Source: a virus | Reading direction: 5' to 3' (one strand) | Virus record (IMG/VR): IMGVR_UViG_3300027754_000047 | Location: 1 to 64,000 of that record | Length of the DNA stretch: 64,000 bases | In this document: positions 10,818 through 19,789 of the stretch, one piece after another | How positions within the stretch are numbered: position 1 is the stretch's first letter | How the letters are laid out: each line of letters begins with the position of its first letter | Made by a program: the position numbers and the translations under genes | Notes under the pieces: model-generated | Databases searched by the model: none | What the model was told of the DNA's origin: nothing | Seen by the model: the letters and a program-made list of their open reading frames with translations, nothing else

Positions 10818-11102
10818 TTAGAAGATGGTTGGTATGACTCGGTGCACTGTGGGGGCTACAACGGGTGCCGGTGTTGGTTCCGCGATAACTACAGGTGCTG
10901 CTACAGCCATGATCACGAAATCTGGTTCGCCATCATCCTTTGGCGTTGGTTCCGTAACTACAAGGGCTTCAATTTCCCCTGCGTCAACTACTTCAACTAC
11001 TTCAACTACTTTAATTTTCCCTGCGTCAACTACCTCGATGCTTGAATCGTTAGTAGTAAAGGTTGGGTCTGTTAGTTTGTTCCGCCAATTTTTATTATGC
11101 AT
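10818..11102 (-). CDS. Hypothetical acidic V/P-rich protein
   Basis: ORF with AGGAG RBS and an internal EVVDAG(K/E)I duplication. Confidence 0.6.
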   Translation of the reverse strand: MHNKNWRNKLTDPTFTTNDSSIEVVDAGKIKVVEVVEVVDAGEIEALVVTEPTPKDDGEPDFVIMAVAAPVVIAEPTPAPVVAPTVHRVIPTIF

Positions 11103-11196
11103 AGTGGTTCTCCTAAAAGTATAAAGCCACCTTAACGCTAAGGTGGCTTTATTATAGCTTTATTTAGCTAATATAGCTATATTGCCGTTGGGGCTA

Positions 11197-11343
11197 TCAC
11201 TTATTCCAAGGAAGCTTAGGCTTCATCCAAGCCCATACCGAGGTACCAAAGAACGTACCAGCGACGAACATAAGGACGGTCCAAGAAATAAGGCCAATGG
11301 TGTTAGTGACGAATCCGGTAAAGTCTGCGAGTAAGTTAATCAT
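11197..11343 (-). CDS. Small membrane protein, holin-like (48 aa)
   Basis: Hand translation MINLLADFTGFVTNTIGLISWTVLMFVAGTFFGTSVWAWMKPKLPWNK; AAGGA RBS; hydrophobic body and basic tail. Too short for the ORF track. Confidence 0.6.
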   Translation of the reverse strand: MINLLADFTGFVTNTIGLISWTVLMFVAGTFFGTSVWAWMKPKLPWNK

Positions 11344-11346
11344 AGT

Positions 11347-11745
11347 TTAGTCCTTTTTGATGCAGTTTTCTAAATCTTGCCGTAACGTATTGTTTTCTTT
11401 ACTGAGGTAGGTGCAAGTCTTTTCTAACTCATCGTTTCTGCGCTTTAGGAGCTCAATTTCTTGGCCCATGTTTAAGTTTCGAATTTTCATTTCTGCTAGG
11501 TCTAGTTCAAGCCTTGCATTGCCTTTTGCTAGATTTTCTGTTTTAAGCTCTAAGGTAACCATTGCTTGTTGTAAGCGATCAGTCATTCTTAGGGCTACAT
11601 CAATCAAAGCTACATCACTTTCTGCTCGAATCTTTTTAGCTTCAGCCGTGGTTTTCTTTCTATTAAATATTGCATTGAGTGCGGCGGTAATTACTCCGCC
11701 TGCAATCAAGGCTAATAACAACTCTAAACCTTTGGTAGTATCCAC
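11347..11745 (-). CDS. N-terminal TM anchor plus coiled-coil protein
   Basis: LLLALIAGGVITAALNAIF followed by a basic patch and heptad repeats; AAGGAG RBS. Confidence 0.7.
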   Translation of the reverse strand: MDTTKGLELLLALIAGGVITAALNAIFNRKKTTAEAKKIRAESDVALIDVALRMTDRLQQAMVTLELKTENLAKGNARLELDLAEMKIRNLNMGQEIELLKRRNDELEKTCTYLSKENNTLRQDLENCIKKD

Positions 11746-11768
11746 GGCAATACTCCTTACCTATAGTT

Positions 11769-12401
11769 TTAGTCTAAGGTAATAGTAATTGCATTAGCTG
11801 CAAAAGTAGGCTGATCTCCAACACCTAGCGCTTTAGCCGTACTAAGCTGGCCGTAGGCAATAACGTGTGGCCTGAGTGCGGCGCCGGTGTTCTTTGTGAG
11901 AACGGAAGAGATAAAGAAGCCAACTGCTGCACCGGTTACTGCGACTGCGATCGTGCCAAAGTTAACTTGTGCAACTGGTAAAGTGACCGCTGCAAGGGTA
12001 CCGCCGTCGGCGGTGTTAGCCAAAGTGGCAGTAAATGCTTGTCTGGTGTAGCCGCTATCTATCAACTCAATCGATGCACCTGAGGTGCCGCCGCCGCCAG
12101 TTGGTACCCACGCGGTGCCAGCTAAGGTATTGGTGTTGGAGGTGATATTAACGTCGGCCATTGTTAGGACGGTTTGTCCGCCTACTGCGCCTGGGTGTGT
12201 TATTAGGCCCAAGTACAGTAGCTGCGCACCCGCTGTACTAGTGCCTAAGAATCCGCCGCCGGCAGCCAGAGTAGTGGTGGTGTCGCTGTTATACAACGAA
12301 CAGACTGTACCGCTTGCTGTAGCTACAGCGCCAGAACTAAACGGGGTTACGAAAATAGCTTTTAAAAGTTGACCGGCGACCATGTTTGGAAAACTGCCCA
12401 T
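11769..12401 (-). CDS. Putative virion structural (tail fibre-associated) protein
   Basis: G/T/A-rich; LYLGL...GYTRQA...QVNFGT...PTFAANAITITLD pattern typical of small phage tail proteins; AAGGAG RBS. Confidence 0.55.
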   Translation of the reverse strand: MGSFPNMVAGQLLKAIFVTPFSSGAVATASGTVCSLYNSDTTTTLAAGGGFLGTSTAGAQLLYLGLITHPGAVGGQTVLTMADVNITSNTNTLAGTAWVPTGGGGTSGASIELIDSGYTRQAFTATLANTADGGTLAAVTLPVAQVNFGTIAVAVTGAAVGFFISSVLTKNTGAALRPHVIAYGQLSTAKALGVGDQPTFAANAITITLD

Positions 12402-12507
12402 AGTGTTAGCTCCTTAAGGTTGAAGTGGTAATTTTACCAGGCAAAGGGATTAGCTGCAAATGTGTAATAGTTAAAGAAAGGCCTAGGGTTAGGGCTTTCA
12501 TATGTTA

Positions 12508-12954
12508 TCAGCTTGCTCGTTGCAAGCGTAAAGTACTGTATATGTTGCCGTTGATTTTGTCAAGCAGCCTAATTTGGCCATCGGGGTCAGTATAGTATAT
12601 TTCGTCAAAAAGTGTAGTGCACCAAGGCATACAAATGGCGCAAGGCCTAGCCATTCTAAGTTCGCCCTTGGCATTATAGCGCACGTTGATTAGAGTAAGC
12701 TTATTGCGTTCATTGCACTTAAGATATGCGTTTAATTCTGAGTGCTGTTCGCCAAAGCGGTAACCTAGGGCTGCAGCCTTAGGATGGCCCTTAAAGCTGT
12801 TATTACCTATGGCTACCACTTTACCTTTGCACAAGATGTAAGACACGTGTTTCTTATTGCGAGTAATGGCCATGCAAATAGGCTTAGCTAAAACTAAGTA
12901 CCTATTTAGCCAAGGATTTGCAGCTAAAGGATCCTGATAACAATTACCGGTCAT
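12508..12954 (-). CDS. Zn-dependent cytidine/dCMP deaminase-fold protein
   Basis: HSE (HxE) and RPCAIC (PCxxC) motifs, plus VVAIGNN. Confidence 0.75.
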   Translation of the reverse strand: MTGNCYQDPLAANPWLNRYLVLAKPICMAITRNKKHVSYILCKGKVVAIGNNSFKGHPKAAALGYRFGEQHSELNAYLKCNERNKLTLINVRYNAKGELRMARPCAICMPWCTTLFDEIYYTDPDGQIRLLDKINGNIYSTLRLQRAS

Positions 12955-13331
12955 CTAGGTTTTGGTCCAAATTTTTCGTGAATTACTCGGGTGACTGTGT
13001 CCAAACTTAAGGCAACGTTATTTGCCAGTTTAAGGTCTTTGGCCTCCATGTGCTCTTTTAATGCCTGCTGCATAAGATCCATGACTCCGGCAAATCGCCC
13101 TAGTAACTCAATCTGGGTAACGAGTTCCGCTAGAGTGGAAGGGTAGATACTAGCTGCCTGAACGGGGCCAAGTTCCAGATTATTGTAATACTGACTTAAG
13201 AGCTGCCCATGCGGGTGGTTCTTAGGCAAACAGATCTGGATTGCTTCGCTTACAACAGCCATAGTGTCTTTGACCGGTTTAGCTGCGTTAAGCTTCTTAG
13301 CCGCCTTCTTTTTGGTCAATGCCTTAGCCAT
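12951..13331 (-). CDS. Hypothetical protein
   Basis: ORF overlapping both neighbours by a few bases. Confidence 0.6.
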   Translation of the reverse strand: MAKALTKKKAAKKLNAAKPVKDTMAVVSEAIQICLPKNHPHGQLLSQYYNNLELGPVQAASIYPSTLAELVTQIELLGRFAGVMDLMQQALKEHMEAKDLKLANNVALSLDTVTRVIHEKFGPKPR

Positions 13332-13734
13332 GCTTTGTTTCCTCAGTTTTGGTGACTATTTGAATTATAACTACGCCGGGCTCAACAAAAGGTAACTGAG
13401 TTATTTGAATTATGCGCTCTGAGCCGCCTGGGTCAGGAAATAGCTGGTTTAGCGCATAATCAGGTCCACCTTCAAAATCAAAGTAAACCAGTAGGTTAGG
13501 AGCTTTAACCTCACTGCTAGCTCGAATGAATTCAGTTTGCCCTGCTACCTGATAGGTGTTTTCGCTAATTTTGGTAATGGTGCGCTTAACCCCATAGCGA
13601 GAATAAAATACTACGGGTGTGGTTATTTTATTTTTAGGTTTAAGTTTTTTAATCATTAGGCCGATATACCGTTTAAGTAAGATCTCCGTACGGTATTCCT
13701 GTATTTGGATCCGCATCTGGCCCGTCAGTTTCAC
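13324..13734 (-). CDS. Hypothetical phage protein (start uncertain)
   Basis: ORF with SRYG...FDFEGGP segment, in operon order. Confidence 0.55.
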   Translation of the reverse strand: MKLTGQMRIQIQEYRTEILLKRYIGLMIKKLKPKNKITTPVVFYSRYGVKRTITKISENTYQVAGQTEFIRASSEVKAPNLLVYFDFEGGPDYALNQLFPDPGGSERIIQITQLPFVEPGVVIIQIVTKTEETKHG

Positions 13735-13978
13735 TGCTAACTGCTGGTACTTGAGCTATTTGCAACTCCTTTAAAGTAGCATAAAACTCCGGCCCACTCA
13801 AGTGGGGGCTAAGTTTAATCAACAAAGCCTGGATATCAGCAGTAGCCTGCTTAACTTGTTGTACCAATTTTTTATTGCTTTCTTCTAAGCGTTCTATTTC
13901 TTTTACCAAATTCTCATTATTCAGCCGTAAAGCGCTTAACACAAAACTATTTGAACCGTTGTACTGAGTGTTGGGCAT
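13673..13978 (-). CDS. Hypothetical coiled-coil protein
   Basis: Heptad pattern; AAGGA RBS. Confidence 0.55.
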   Translation of the reverse strand: MPNTQYNGSNSFVLSALRLNNENLVKEIERLEESNKKLVQQVKQATADIQALLIKLSPHLSGPEFYATLKELQIAQVPAVSSETDGPDADPNTGIPYGDLT

Positions 13979-13999
13979 AAAAGTCCTTAAAGTTACTGG

Positions 14000-14488
14000 C
14001 TAAGCAAGCCACCACGACGGTGGGTTGCTATTTTTCCATACGGCTATCTTGCTTTTCTCTCCGATGTAATAGTTACGGTAAGCAACTACTGCATTACTAT
14101 GCTTATACTCCACGGGCATTGCTTGTGCAAATGGAGTCAATTCTCCATCGGGAGTACTCAGGGGATAATACTTGGAGAACCAAACAGCCATGGCTTCACA
14201 AGAATGTATTTTATTGTACCTTCGTGTGTATTCATGGCAGAGTTCAAGCGTGTGATCTGCCAACCACATGTAGTTCTCTTTGGTTTGCCTTGCCCATAGC
14301 GTGCAAGGATGATTGGCAAAAGCCTGTTTGTACAGATCAAACGGAATAGTATACACAGTAGGACTGCCGGATAGCCGATGATTAGTGGAGAGCATCTGAC
14401 AGCCCTCCACGATCATCTTCACCACATGCTTGTCGCATAGCATAACTGCTGCAAGTCTTGCATCAGGGTCGACTACAAAGATATTCAT
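14000..14488 (-). CDS. Pyrimidine-dimer DNA glycosylase (DenV-related) family protein
   Basis: MNIF...CDKHVVKMIVE..QMLST, NHPCTLW, EYTRRY.KIH and AYRNYY motifs characteristic of this phage/bacterial family. Confidence 0.7.
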   Translation of the reverse strand: MNIFVVDPDARLAAVMLCDKHVVKMIVEGCQMLSTNHRLSGSPTVYTIPFDLYKQAFANHPCTLWARQTKENYMWLADHTLELCHEYTRRYNKIHSCEAMAVWFSKYYPLSTPDGELTPFAQAMPVEYKHSNAVVAYRNYYIGEKSKIAVWKNSNPPSWWLA

Positions 14489-14661
14489 GGGTTTTCCTCC
14501 TCCTTCTTAAAGCAATCCCAACTACGAGATGCTGCAATTTCAACTGAGTTTTCCGCATTAAACATGGACATCAACCTGCACACTTCCCGCCGCGCCTCGT
14601 CGCGCTCAATGCGCAGCCGTTGGTTGTCCTCCAGAGCGGTGATTAAGTCTTGTTGAGTCAT
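14485..14661 (-). CDS. Small ERDEARR-WDCFK family protein (58 aa)
   Basis: Hand translation MTQQDLITALEDNQRLRIERDEARREVCRLMSMFNAENSVEIAASRSWDCFKKEEENP; GGAGG RBS; ATGA overlaps at both ends. Confidence 0.75.
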   Translation of the reverse strand: MTQQDLITALEDNQRLRIERDEARREVCRLMSMFNAENSVEIAASRSWDCFKKEEENP

Positions 14662-15194
14662 TGTGTTTCCTCCAGAAGACGGTTCAGTTCTGCAAACTGC
14701 GCAGCATACTCATTCTTCTGTGCTTCATTCCGCATCACATCAAATCCCGCCCTCTCCTCTTGAAGCCGTCCCCAACTCAGAGGCGGATACTGAAACTCAT
14801 GCTTCTTTATCCACTTCTCCCACTTCTTTTCAGCGACTCCCAACGACACGCCATACGCAGAGACGGAGATAGCCCCTAAGCACGACTGATCATACTGATC
14901 ATCCACTGAAGGTTCACCCTGCGAGTTCTCCTCGCAGATGTCGCAGCAAAGGCTATACACCGCACGGACGGATGAACAGACGGGAGAACGATAGAGGACA
15001 TCCCTTGCGGCGGCAACCTCTTCCTTGGTTGCCTTGCCGTCGAGGTAACGATTCACAACGGCGAGTTGCGGATTGACATCCCAATCAGCGAACTTGTTGG
15101 CGCGCCCGATGCACCAAAGCGTGAACTTGATCCGCACACCACGGGGAAGATCGTACAGCGCAGAGCGGAAATCGGTGTAAGTGAGCGTCTTCAT
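14658..15194 (-). CDS. Hypothetical protein (start MKTLTYTDF)
   Basis: Internal ATG at 15194 avoids overlap with the upstream gene. Confidence 0.6.
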   Translation of the reverse strand: MKTLTYTDFRSALYDLPRGVRIKFTLWCIGRANKFADWDVNPQLAVVNRYLDGKATKEEVAAARDVLYRSPVCSSVRAVYSLCCDICEENSQGEPSVDDQYDQSCLGAISVSAYGVSLGVAEKKWEKWIKKHEFQYPPLSWGRLQEERAGFDVMRNEAQKNEYAAQFAELNRLLEETQ

Positions 15195-15219
15195 GTGTCT
15201 GTTTCTTTCTTGTAGAGGT

Positions 15220-15597
15220 TTAGGCGTTTGAATCTTCACGCCATAGAGCGTGTCCGAAGTGAGCATCGGCGGTGCGGACATCCTGTCGTGCGGCATCTCG
15301 TTCGGCGAGAGCAGTCTTGAGTTCAGCACGAAGTCGCACAATCTCCGCTTCCATCTCGTCCGCATCATCTTGAAGCGCACGAATCGCTTCGTCCGAATCA
15401 GGGAATGGACGCTCGTCCTGATCTTCATCGACGGCGGCGACTACAGGTGCGACAAGCAGAAGTGCCTTTCGTGCAATCTCGTAGATGGCGAGATTGGCAT
15501 CGGTTGGATTCGAGTTGAACGCTTTATCGGCGTTGTCATAATCACGACGAGCAGCGGCAACAGGATCAATCATTTTGTTTCTTTCTTGTTCAGTCAT
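15220..15597 (-). CDS. Coiled-coil protein with a degenerate ERDAAR module
   Basis: Start MTEQERNK after AAGGAGG; C-terminal LAERDAARQDV. Confidence 0.7.
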   Translation of the reverse strand: MTEQERNKMIDPVAAARRDYDNADKAFNSNPTDANLAIYEIARKALLLVAPVVAAVDEDQDERPFPDSDEAIRALQDDADEMEAEIVRLRAELKTALAERDAARQDVRTADAHFGHALWREDSNA

Positions 15598-15638
15598 GGT
15601 GTTTCCTCCTTGAAGCAGTCCCATGGGGGCAACTTCAT
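15594..15638 (-). CDS. 14-aa mini-ORF MKLPPWDCFKEETP
   Basis: AAGGAG RBS and ATGA coupling to both neighbours; consists almost entirely of the repeated junction. Confidence 0.45.
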   Translation of the reverse strand: MKLPPWDCFKEETP

Positions 15639-15814
15639 GGTGTCTCCTTTGTAATCTTCTTTGCAATGTTGCTAAGGGTAATTAGAAATCCTTGAATCCC
15701 AACTGAAGTTAACGGAGATAATCCACAGTATCTGTTTAAAAATACAAACACACCTATATGAATTGCCACACCCACGCAAACAGCAAGGGTATAATACGAT
15801 ATTACTTTGATCAT
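15635..15814 (-). CDS. Small membrane protein (59 aa)
   Basis: Start MIKVISYY after AAGGAGG; two hydrophobic segments. Confidence 0.65.
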   Translation of the reverse strand: MIKVISYYTLAVCVGVAIHIGVFVFLNRYCGLSPLTSVGIQGFLITLSNIAKKITKETP

Positions 15815-16017
15815 GGTGTTTCCTCCTTGAAGCAATCCCATCCGCGCCGAATGGCTTCTTCTCTGCAATACTTTTCAAACTCACACACTTCCCGACGCGC
15901 TTCGTCGCGCTGCTCTGTGAGTCGCAGGCATTCTGCATTGTGCCGTGCAAACACCTCAACAAGGACCTCTTGTAATGACATAGTCGTGTCGGGGATATTG
16001 GTTTTGGGGGTAGTCAT
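15811..16017 (-). CDS. Small ERDEARR-WDCFK family protein (68 aa)
   Basis: MTTPKT...EQRDEARREVC...RRGWDCFKEETP. Confidence 0.75.
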   Translation of the reverse strand: MTTPKTNIPDTTMSLQEVLVEVFARHNAECLRLTEQRDEARREVCEFEKYCREEAIRRGWDCFKEETP

Positions 16018-16391
16018 GGTGTTTCCTCCTTGAAGCAATCCCACATATTATTACCTGCAATAGAATGTTTACTCACTAAAGGACCGTAGTACTTCCTAGT
16101 AGGACAAGACCTCTCCTCACAATACATACGCCGTGCCTCGTCTCGCTCTTTGATGAGTCGGGCAATCTCTAACCGCATTTCATCGTGTGCCTCTAGACTG
16201 TCCTTGAGGTCTTCCTTCAATGCTTTATTATTTAAGCAAACTCCCATGATTCCCATGTGATCTGCCCAAGGCACTCCGCACACTCCGCACTTTGGTGCGG
16301 GGATGGTATCTCCGTGATCGTTGTCCCCTAAGAAGTTAGGGTCATCTGTAAGGTCTTTAGAATTTGGGTCATACTCTGTTGGGTCTAGCAT
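16014..16391 (-). CDS. ERDEARR-WDCFK family protein with a CxxC...H...C N-terminal domain
   Basis: Start MLDPTEYD after AAGGAG; CGVCGVPWADHMGIMGVC; ends KERDEARRMYC...WDCFKEETP. Confidence 0.75.
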   Translation of the reverse strand: MLDPTEYDPNSKDLTDDPNFLGDNDHGDTIPAPKCGVCGVPWADHMGIMGVCLNNKALKEDLKDSLEAHDEMRLEIARLIKERDEARRMYCEERSCPTRKYYGPLVSKHSIAGNNMWDCFKEETP

Positions 16392-16404
16392 TGTGGCTCC
16401 TTCC

Positions 16405-16530
16405 TCACTTGTCAAACTCGTCATAATCGTCCTCTTCTTTGCAAGCAGGCATAAGTGCGCAGTACAGCCCATAAACGCACGCTGCAAGAGTTACAAGAGA
16501 AAGAATTACGCAAACGATGTCATAAGTCAT
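16405..16530 (-). CDS. Small membrane protein (41 aa)
   Basis: Hand translation MTYDIVCVILSLVTLAACVYGLYCALMPACKEEDDYDEFDK; ATGA overlap with the upstream gene. Confidence 0.55.
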   Translation of the reverse strand: MTYDIVCVILSLVTLAACVYGLYCALMPACKEEDDYDEFDK

Positions 16531-17084
16531 TGTAATACTCTCTTTCGGATTTCCTCAAGGGAGATTGGCGTGTAGTTGATTCGCTCAACACACACACTGA
16601 AGTACCTTGCATCAGGTTCGATTCCGTCTTCACCGTCTTGGCCATCAACCCTATTGACTACTTCGGCGTGAAGGTGAGCATGGATGTTTGTCATCCAGCA
16701 CTTTCGTTTTCCTCTCCATAGGCTGCCAGGGTGAATAGGAATATGCGATAGAATTTCATTATCGAGTTTATGTGTTGCTCGTACATCCCGAAAGTACTTC
16801 TCGTACTGCGGTAAAGTCAAAGTATCGTGATTGCCTTTGATAAGCACCTTGCTGCCATTAAGTGAGTGTAGAATTTTAAGATGATCTTTGTGGAATGCCA
16901 CATCACCCAGAACATAAACCTTATCCCCCTTCCGGACAGTATTGTTCCAACGCTCCACCATCGCCTCGTCGCCTTCTTTGGCGTTGGTAAATTCATGCCG
17001 CACTCTTACGCCATTACTCCTAATGAACTTGTAGGCGTTCTCATGCCCAAAATGCGTGCAACCTATTAGAAAGGTGGTGCTCAT
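16527..17084 (-). CDS. Calcineurin-like metallophosphoesterase
   Basis: (C)THFGH, LGDVA, KGNHD, LSHIP and HAHLH motifs. Confidence 0.85.
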   Translation of the reverse strand: MSTTFLIGCTHFGHENAYKFIRSNGVRVRHEFTNAKEGDEAMVERWNNTVRKGDKVYVLGDVAFHKDHLKILHSLNGSKVLIKGNHDTLTLPQYEKYFRDVRATHKLDNEILSHIPIHPGSLWRGKRKCWMTNIHAHLHAEVVNRVDGQDGEDGIEPDARYFSVCVERINYTPISLEEIRKRVLQ

Positions 17085-17287
17085 TTTATCTTCTTTTTTT
17101 CGTTTGAATTAAGAGCATGGTACGCATTGCATAGGCGGGAACTGCATTGATCTACACCATTCACCATATTATGTAGTTTTCTACTAGTTTCTTGTTCCTG
17201 CTGCCACAGAATAAAGAAGTCTAATAATACTTTTTTATGTTTGGCTCGCGCCTCTTCATAGGCGATCATTTTCTTTGATTTACTCAT
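17081..17287 (-). CDS. Hypothetical protein
   Basis: Short coupled ORF starting MSKSKK. Confidence 0.5.
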   Translation of the reverse strand: MSKSKKMIAYEEARAKHKKVLLDFFILWQQEQETSRKLHNMVNGVDQCSSRLCNAYHALNSNEKKKIK

Positions 17288-17438
17288 TGTGTTTTTCCTG
17301 GGCTTCAATTACTTCGTTTTGACATTGTTGCGCTGACGCAGTAAGTCTCTTAAATGTAAGAAGGTCTGCCTGGGAGAATCCAGCGACGTAGGTTGTAGCT
17401 ACAATTATTGATATAGTTGTCAGCAGCAGAGTGTTCAT
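17280..17438 (-). CDS. Small protein with a hydrophobic N-terminus
   Basis: MNTLLLTTISIIVATTYVAG. Confidence 0.5.
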   Translation of the reverse strand: MNTLLLTTISIIVATTYVAGFSQADLLTFKRLTASAQQCQNEVIEAQEKHNE

Positions 17439-17602
17439 AGTTGGCCTAACACGTAAAGGAACAATAAATTGTAGAGGACCAGCAGCCCAATGGAGGTCCA
17501 CTTTAGTCCTTGCTTCCACCTTATTACAGGTTGATACTGCATCAAACATAATACAGCTAAAGCGCTAGGCACTAGCACTAGGGGTAACAAGACGTTTAGC
17601 AT
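17435..17602 (-). CDS. Small two-TM membrane protein
   Basis: MLNVLLPLVLVPSALAVLCL and IGLLVLYNLLFLYVL hydrophobic segments. Confidence 0.5.
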   Translation of the reverse strand: MLNVLLPLVLVPSALAVLCLMQYQPVIRWKQGLKWTSIGLLVLYNLLFLYVLGQL

Positions 17603-17628
17603 AGGTGTTACTAAGAGGTCAGTAAGGT

Positions 17629-18045
17629 TCAAGTAAGGGCTCCACAAGGTATGGCGGTTCTAGAATCTGTTTCGGCTTCTTTTGCTGCGGTTATCTGTTT
17701 GATTTGCTTAGTGAACGCTTTTCCACCTCGCATCATCCAGGGCTCAATGGGTAAGTTCTTTAACCATTGTTCTGCTGTAGGCACAAAGCCCATATCTTCG
17801 AGTACGTGGTACTCTCCTATTGTTCTTACGGGCACTTTAACTCCGTCGGACTTACGCGTCAACGTAGTACCAAACACTTGTTCCAGTAGAAAGATTCCAA
17901 AGCTGGAATGTAAGATGGCTCGGTGGCGAACATCAGGCAAATGAGCCTTAGTCTGGTCAAACCAATCGTGTAAATGTTGGTAATCATCAGCGCAACCTCC
18001 AAAACGTTGGGCACTAGATAATGCATGATGATAAGGGTGGGCCAT
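17629..18045 (-). CDS. DUF6915-like protein
   Basis: MAHPYHHALSS..FGG..DY..LHDWFD.TK...D.RHRA.LH.SFGI signature. Confidence 0.7.
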   Translation of the reverse strand: MAHPYHHALSSAQRFGGCADDYQHLHDWFDQTKAHLPDVRHRAILHSSFGIFLLEQVFGTTLTRKSDGVKVPVRTIGEYHVLEDMGFVPTAEQWLKNLPIEPWMMRGGKAFTKQIKQITAAKEAETDSRTAIPCGALT

Positions 18046-18683
18046 TAAGTTTCTTCCTCTGGTTCCTGTGAGTTGCTGTAGTGGTGGGTGGTCAACAACA
18101 CATTATTTAGGGTTCCTGCTTCAGGGCCTAACAATGTAACGCTAAACAAATTATCGTATATATCTCCATCTCCCGCTCCTCCATCCGAGTTAAGCTCGTT
18201 GTAGAAGATCGTTGGGTCCAGATTATACTTATCAAAAATTGCTTGGCATTCTTCTTCAGTAGCCACTGTTAAAGTATTCGGCTTATCGTAGCCTGCTCTG
18301 AGGACCTTAACCTCCGTATTCTCTAAGTCGCAATTGTCGGTGCCGGACGAATAATAGCTTACTATTCGCCCTACCCCGTGCGCCATGCAGGCAATGCCTG
18401 TAAACAATAGATCCGCGTTAAGTTCAGCTCCGCGCAACATTCCCGTTAGTTCCAATAAAGCTGTAAATTCTTCATTGGAAAACTTGTTCTCAGAGTCATC
18501 CCCGCAAGGTAAGAATTGACTTAGCCTTGGGTCAGTTTTTATTAAGGTTGCCCTTAGCGTACTAAAATCAGAAAACCCTTCGTTAGAGACTCCAACCATG
18601 TTAATGTAAGCTGCAATGGCAGTTATTCCTTTTTGAGAATAACAATAGGCTGCCCAGCCTGGATGAAAAGATACTGCGGTCAT
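18045..18683 (-). CDS. Hypothetical acidic protein
   Basis: ORF coupled to the ligase and the DUF6915-like gene. Confidence 0.6.
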   Translation of the reverse strand: MTAVSFHPGWAAYCYSQKGITAIAAYINMVGVSNEGFSDFSTLRATLIKTDPRLSQFLPCGDDSENKFSNEEFTALLELTGMLRGAELNADLLFTGIACMAHGVGRIVSYYSSGTDNCDLENTEVKVLRAGYDKPNTLTVATEEECQAIFDKYNLDPTIFYNELNSDGGAGDGDIYDNLFSVTLLGPEAGTLNNVLLTTHHYSNSQEPEEET

Positions 18684-19789
18684 TCGTAATTCCTCAAAGT
18701 TACTCCAATTGGGAACCGTGGCACATTTCCATTAGTTAACCCCTGATACCTGACTGTTAGTAGTTTGCCAATAACAGTCTTAGGTGCCTTAAGGTAAGGC
18801 TTTAGTTTATCTAGTTCTCCCTCCATTTTACAAGAGAACTCCGCCCCGTTCTTAGTGACGCAGCGAAAGATAGCGCATTCCGCCATCTTGCCTCTGCCTG
18901 CTTCAACTCCAATGACGTCGAACTCAGCGTCATCAAACTCTTTAATCTTCTGCAGATTGTAAGAACGTTTATTCTCATACAGTGGAGCGGCATTCCGAAT
19001 CATTGCGCCTTCGTACCCGGCCTTACGGCACTTGGCGAAGTATTCAGTAACCCCCTCCTCATCCATAAGTATCGTGGCCACCAATACCAATGTTTTATTT
19101 GGCTTTAGCCTATCTCTTAGTTCCATGCGTTGTTTAAACCCATAGAACCCTACAGCCACATCATAGATGTGGTACTGCACTACCTCGTTACCTGCCTTGG
19201 GTTCCGTAGGCCTAACCAAACTAACGATTTCCTCAAACTTATCTTTGTAGGAGTGGTTGTACAGTTCTCCGTCAAAGTTAATGTCTTCTCGGCCAGCCCA
19301 TTGCCGTTCCAGCTCTGCAACTATGTGAGGCAAGCTAGTAATCTGCTTACGGGTTCGGGTCCACAAAGTACAAACTCCGGCCTGCAACATTGCAATGCAC
19401 CTAATGCCGTCAAGCTTAGGCTGAACGTATGCAGGGTAGGTGATCTTAGCTGAGTGCTCACTAAACTTGTGAGCCAGCATAGGCTCTAGGCCTCCCGTGA
19501 TGCAAGCATCTACCTTGCCTGCCTTGGTAGCCGCTTGAGTTTTGGTGTAGCCCTTTTTAAGCTTCTTTTCCCACTGAGCTTGGGCTTCTAATGCTGCTTG
19601 CTGACTAGCCGTTGTAGCGTTCTTCTTGCCTAAGTTCTTGCCCTCAGCAACAACATCAGTGGTTGCTTGGATCTTGCCGCCGACTTTGCCGTATTTTTTA
19701 TGTATAACGTTGTCGGCTGTTGATATGGTCCACTGCTGAACTGAGCCATCTTCATTCTTAGAATATAGGGTAGGTAGGACAGTAGTCAT
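18680..19789 (-). CDS. lig: ATP-dependent DNA ligase
   Basis: PMLA, motif I QPKLDGIR, FDGELY, YHIYD, GYEGAMIR, KRSYNLQKIK and the C-terminal OB-fold PRFP; WGR-like N-terminus. Confidence 0.93.
   Translation of the reverse strand: MTTVLPTLYSKNEDGSVQQWTISTADNVIHKKYGKVGGKIQATTDVVAEGKNLGKKNATTASQQAALEAQAQWEKKLKKGYTKTQAATKAGKVDACITGGLEPMLAHKFSEHSAKITYPAYVQPKLDGIRCIAMLQAGVCTLWTRTRKQITSLPHIVAELERQWAGREDINFDGELYNHSYKDKFEEIVSLVRPTEPKAGNEVVQYHIYDVAVGFYGFKQRMELRDRLKPNKTLVLVATILMDEEGVTEYFAKCRKAGYEGAMIRNAAPLYENKRSYNLQKIKEFDDAEFDVIGVEAGRGKMAECAIFRCVTKNGAEFSCKMEGELDKLKPYLKAPKTVIGKLLTVRYQGLTNGNVPRFPIGVTLRNYE

Larger units (their letters stand above)
14485..16043 (-). repeat. Dispersed 30-bp gene-junction repeat TGGGATTGCTTCAAGGAGGAAACACCATGA
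   Basis: Copies at 16014-16043, 15811-15840 and 15594-15623 (one mismatch); variant at 14485-14520; partial copies at 14658 and 15635. Confidence 0.9.

Noticed and set aside
14485-16043. 30-bp repeats as CRISPR repeats or integron attC sites
   Set aside because: Spacing is irregular and gene-sized, the repeat is coding plus RBS, it is not palindromic, and no integrase is seen.
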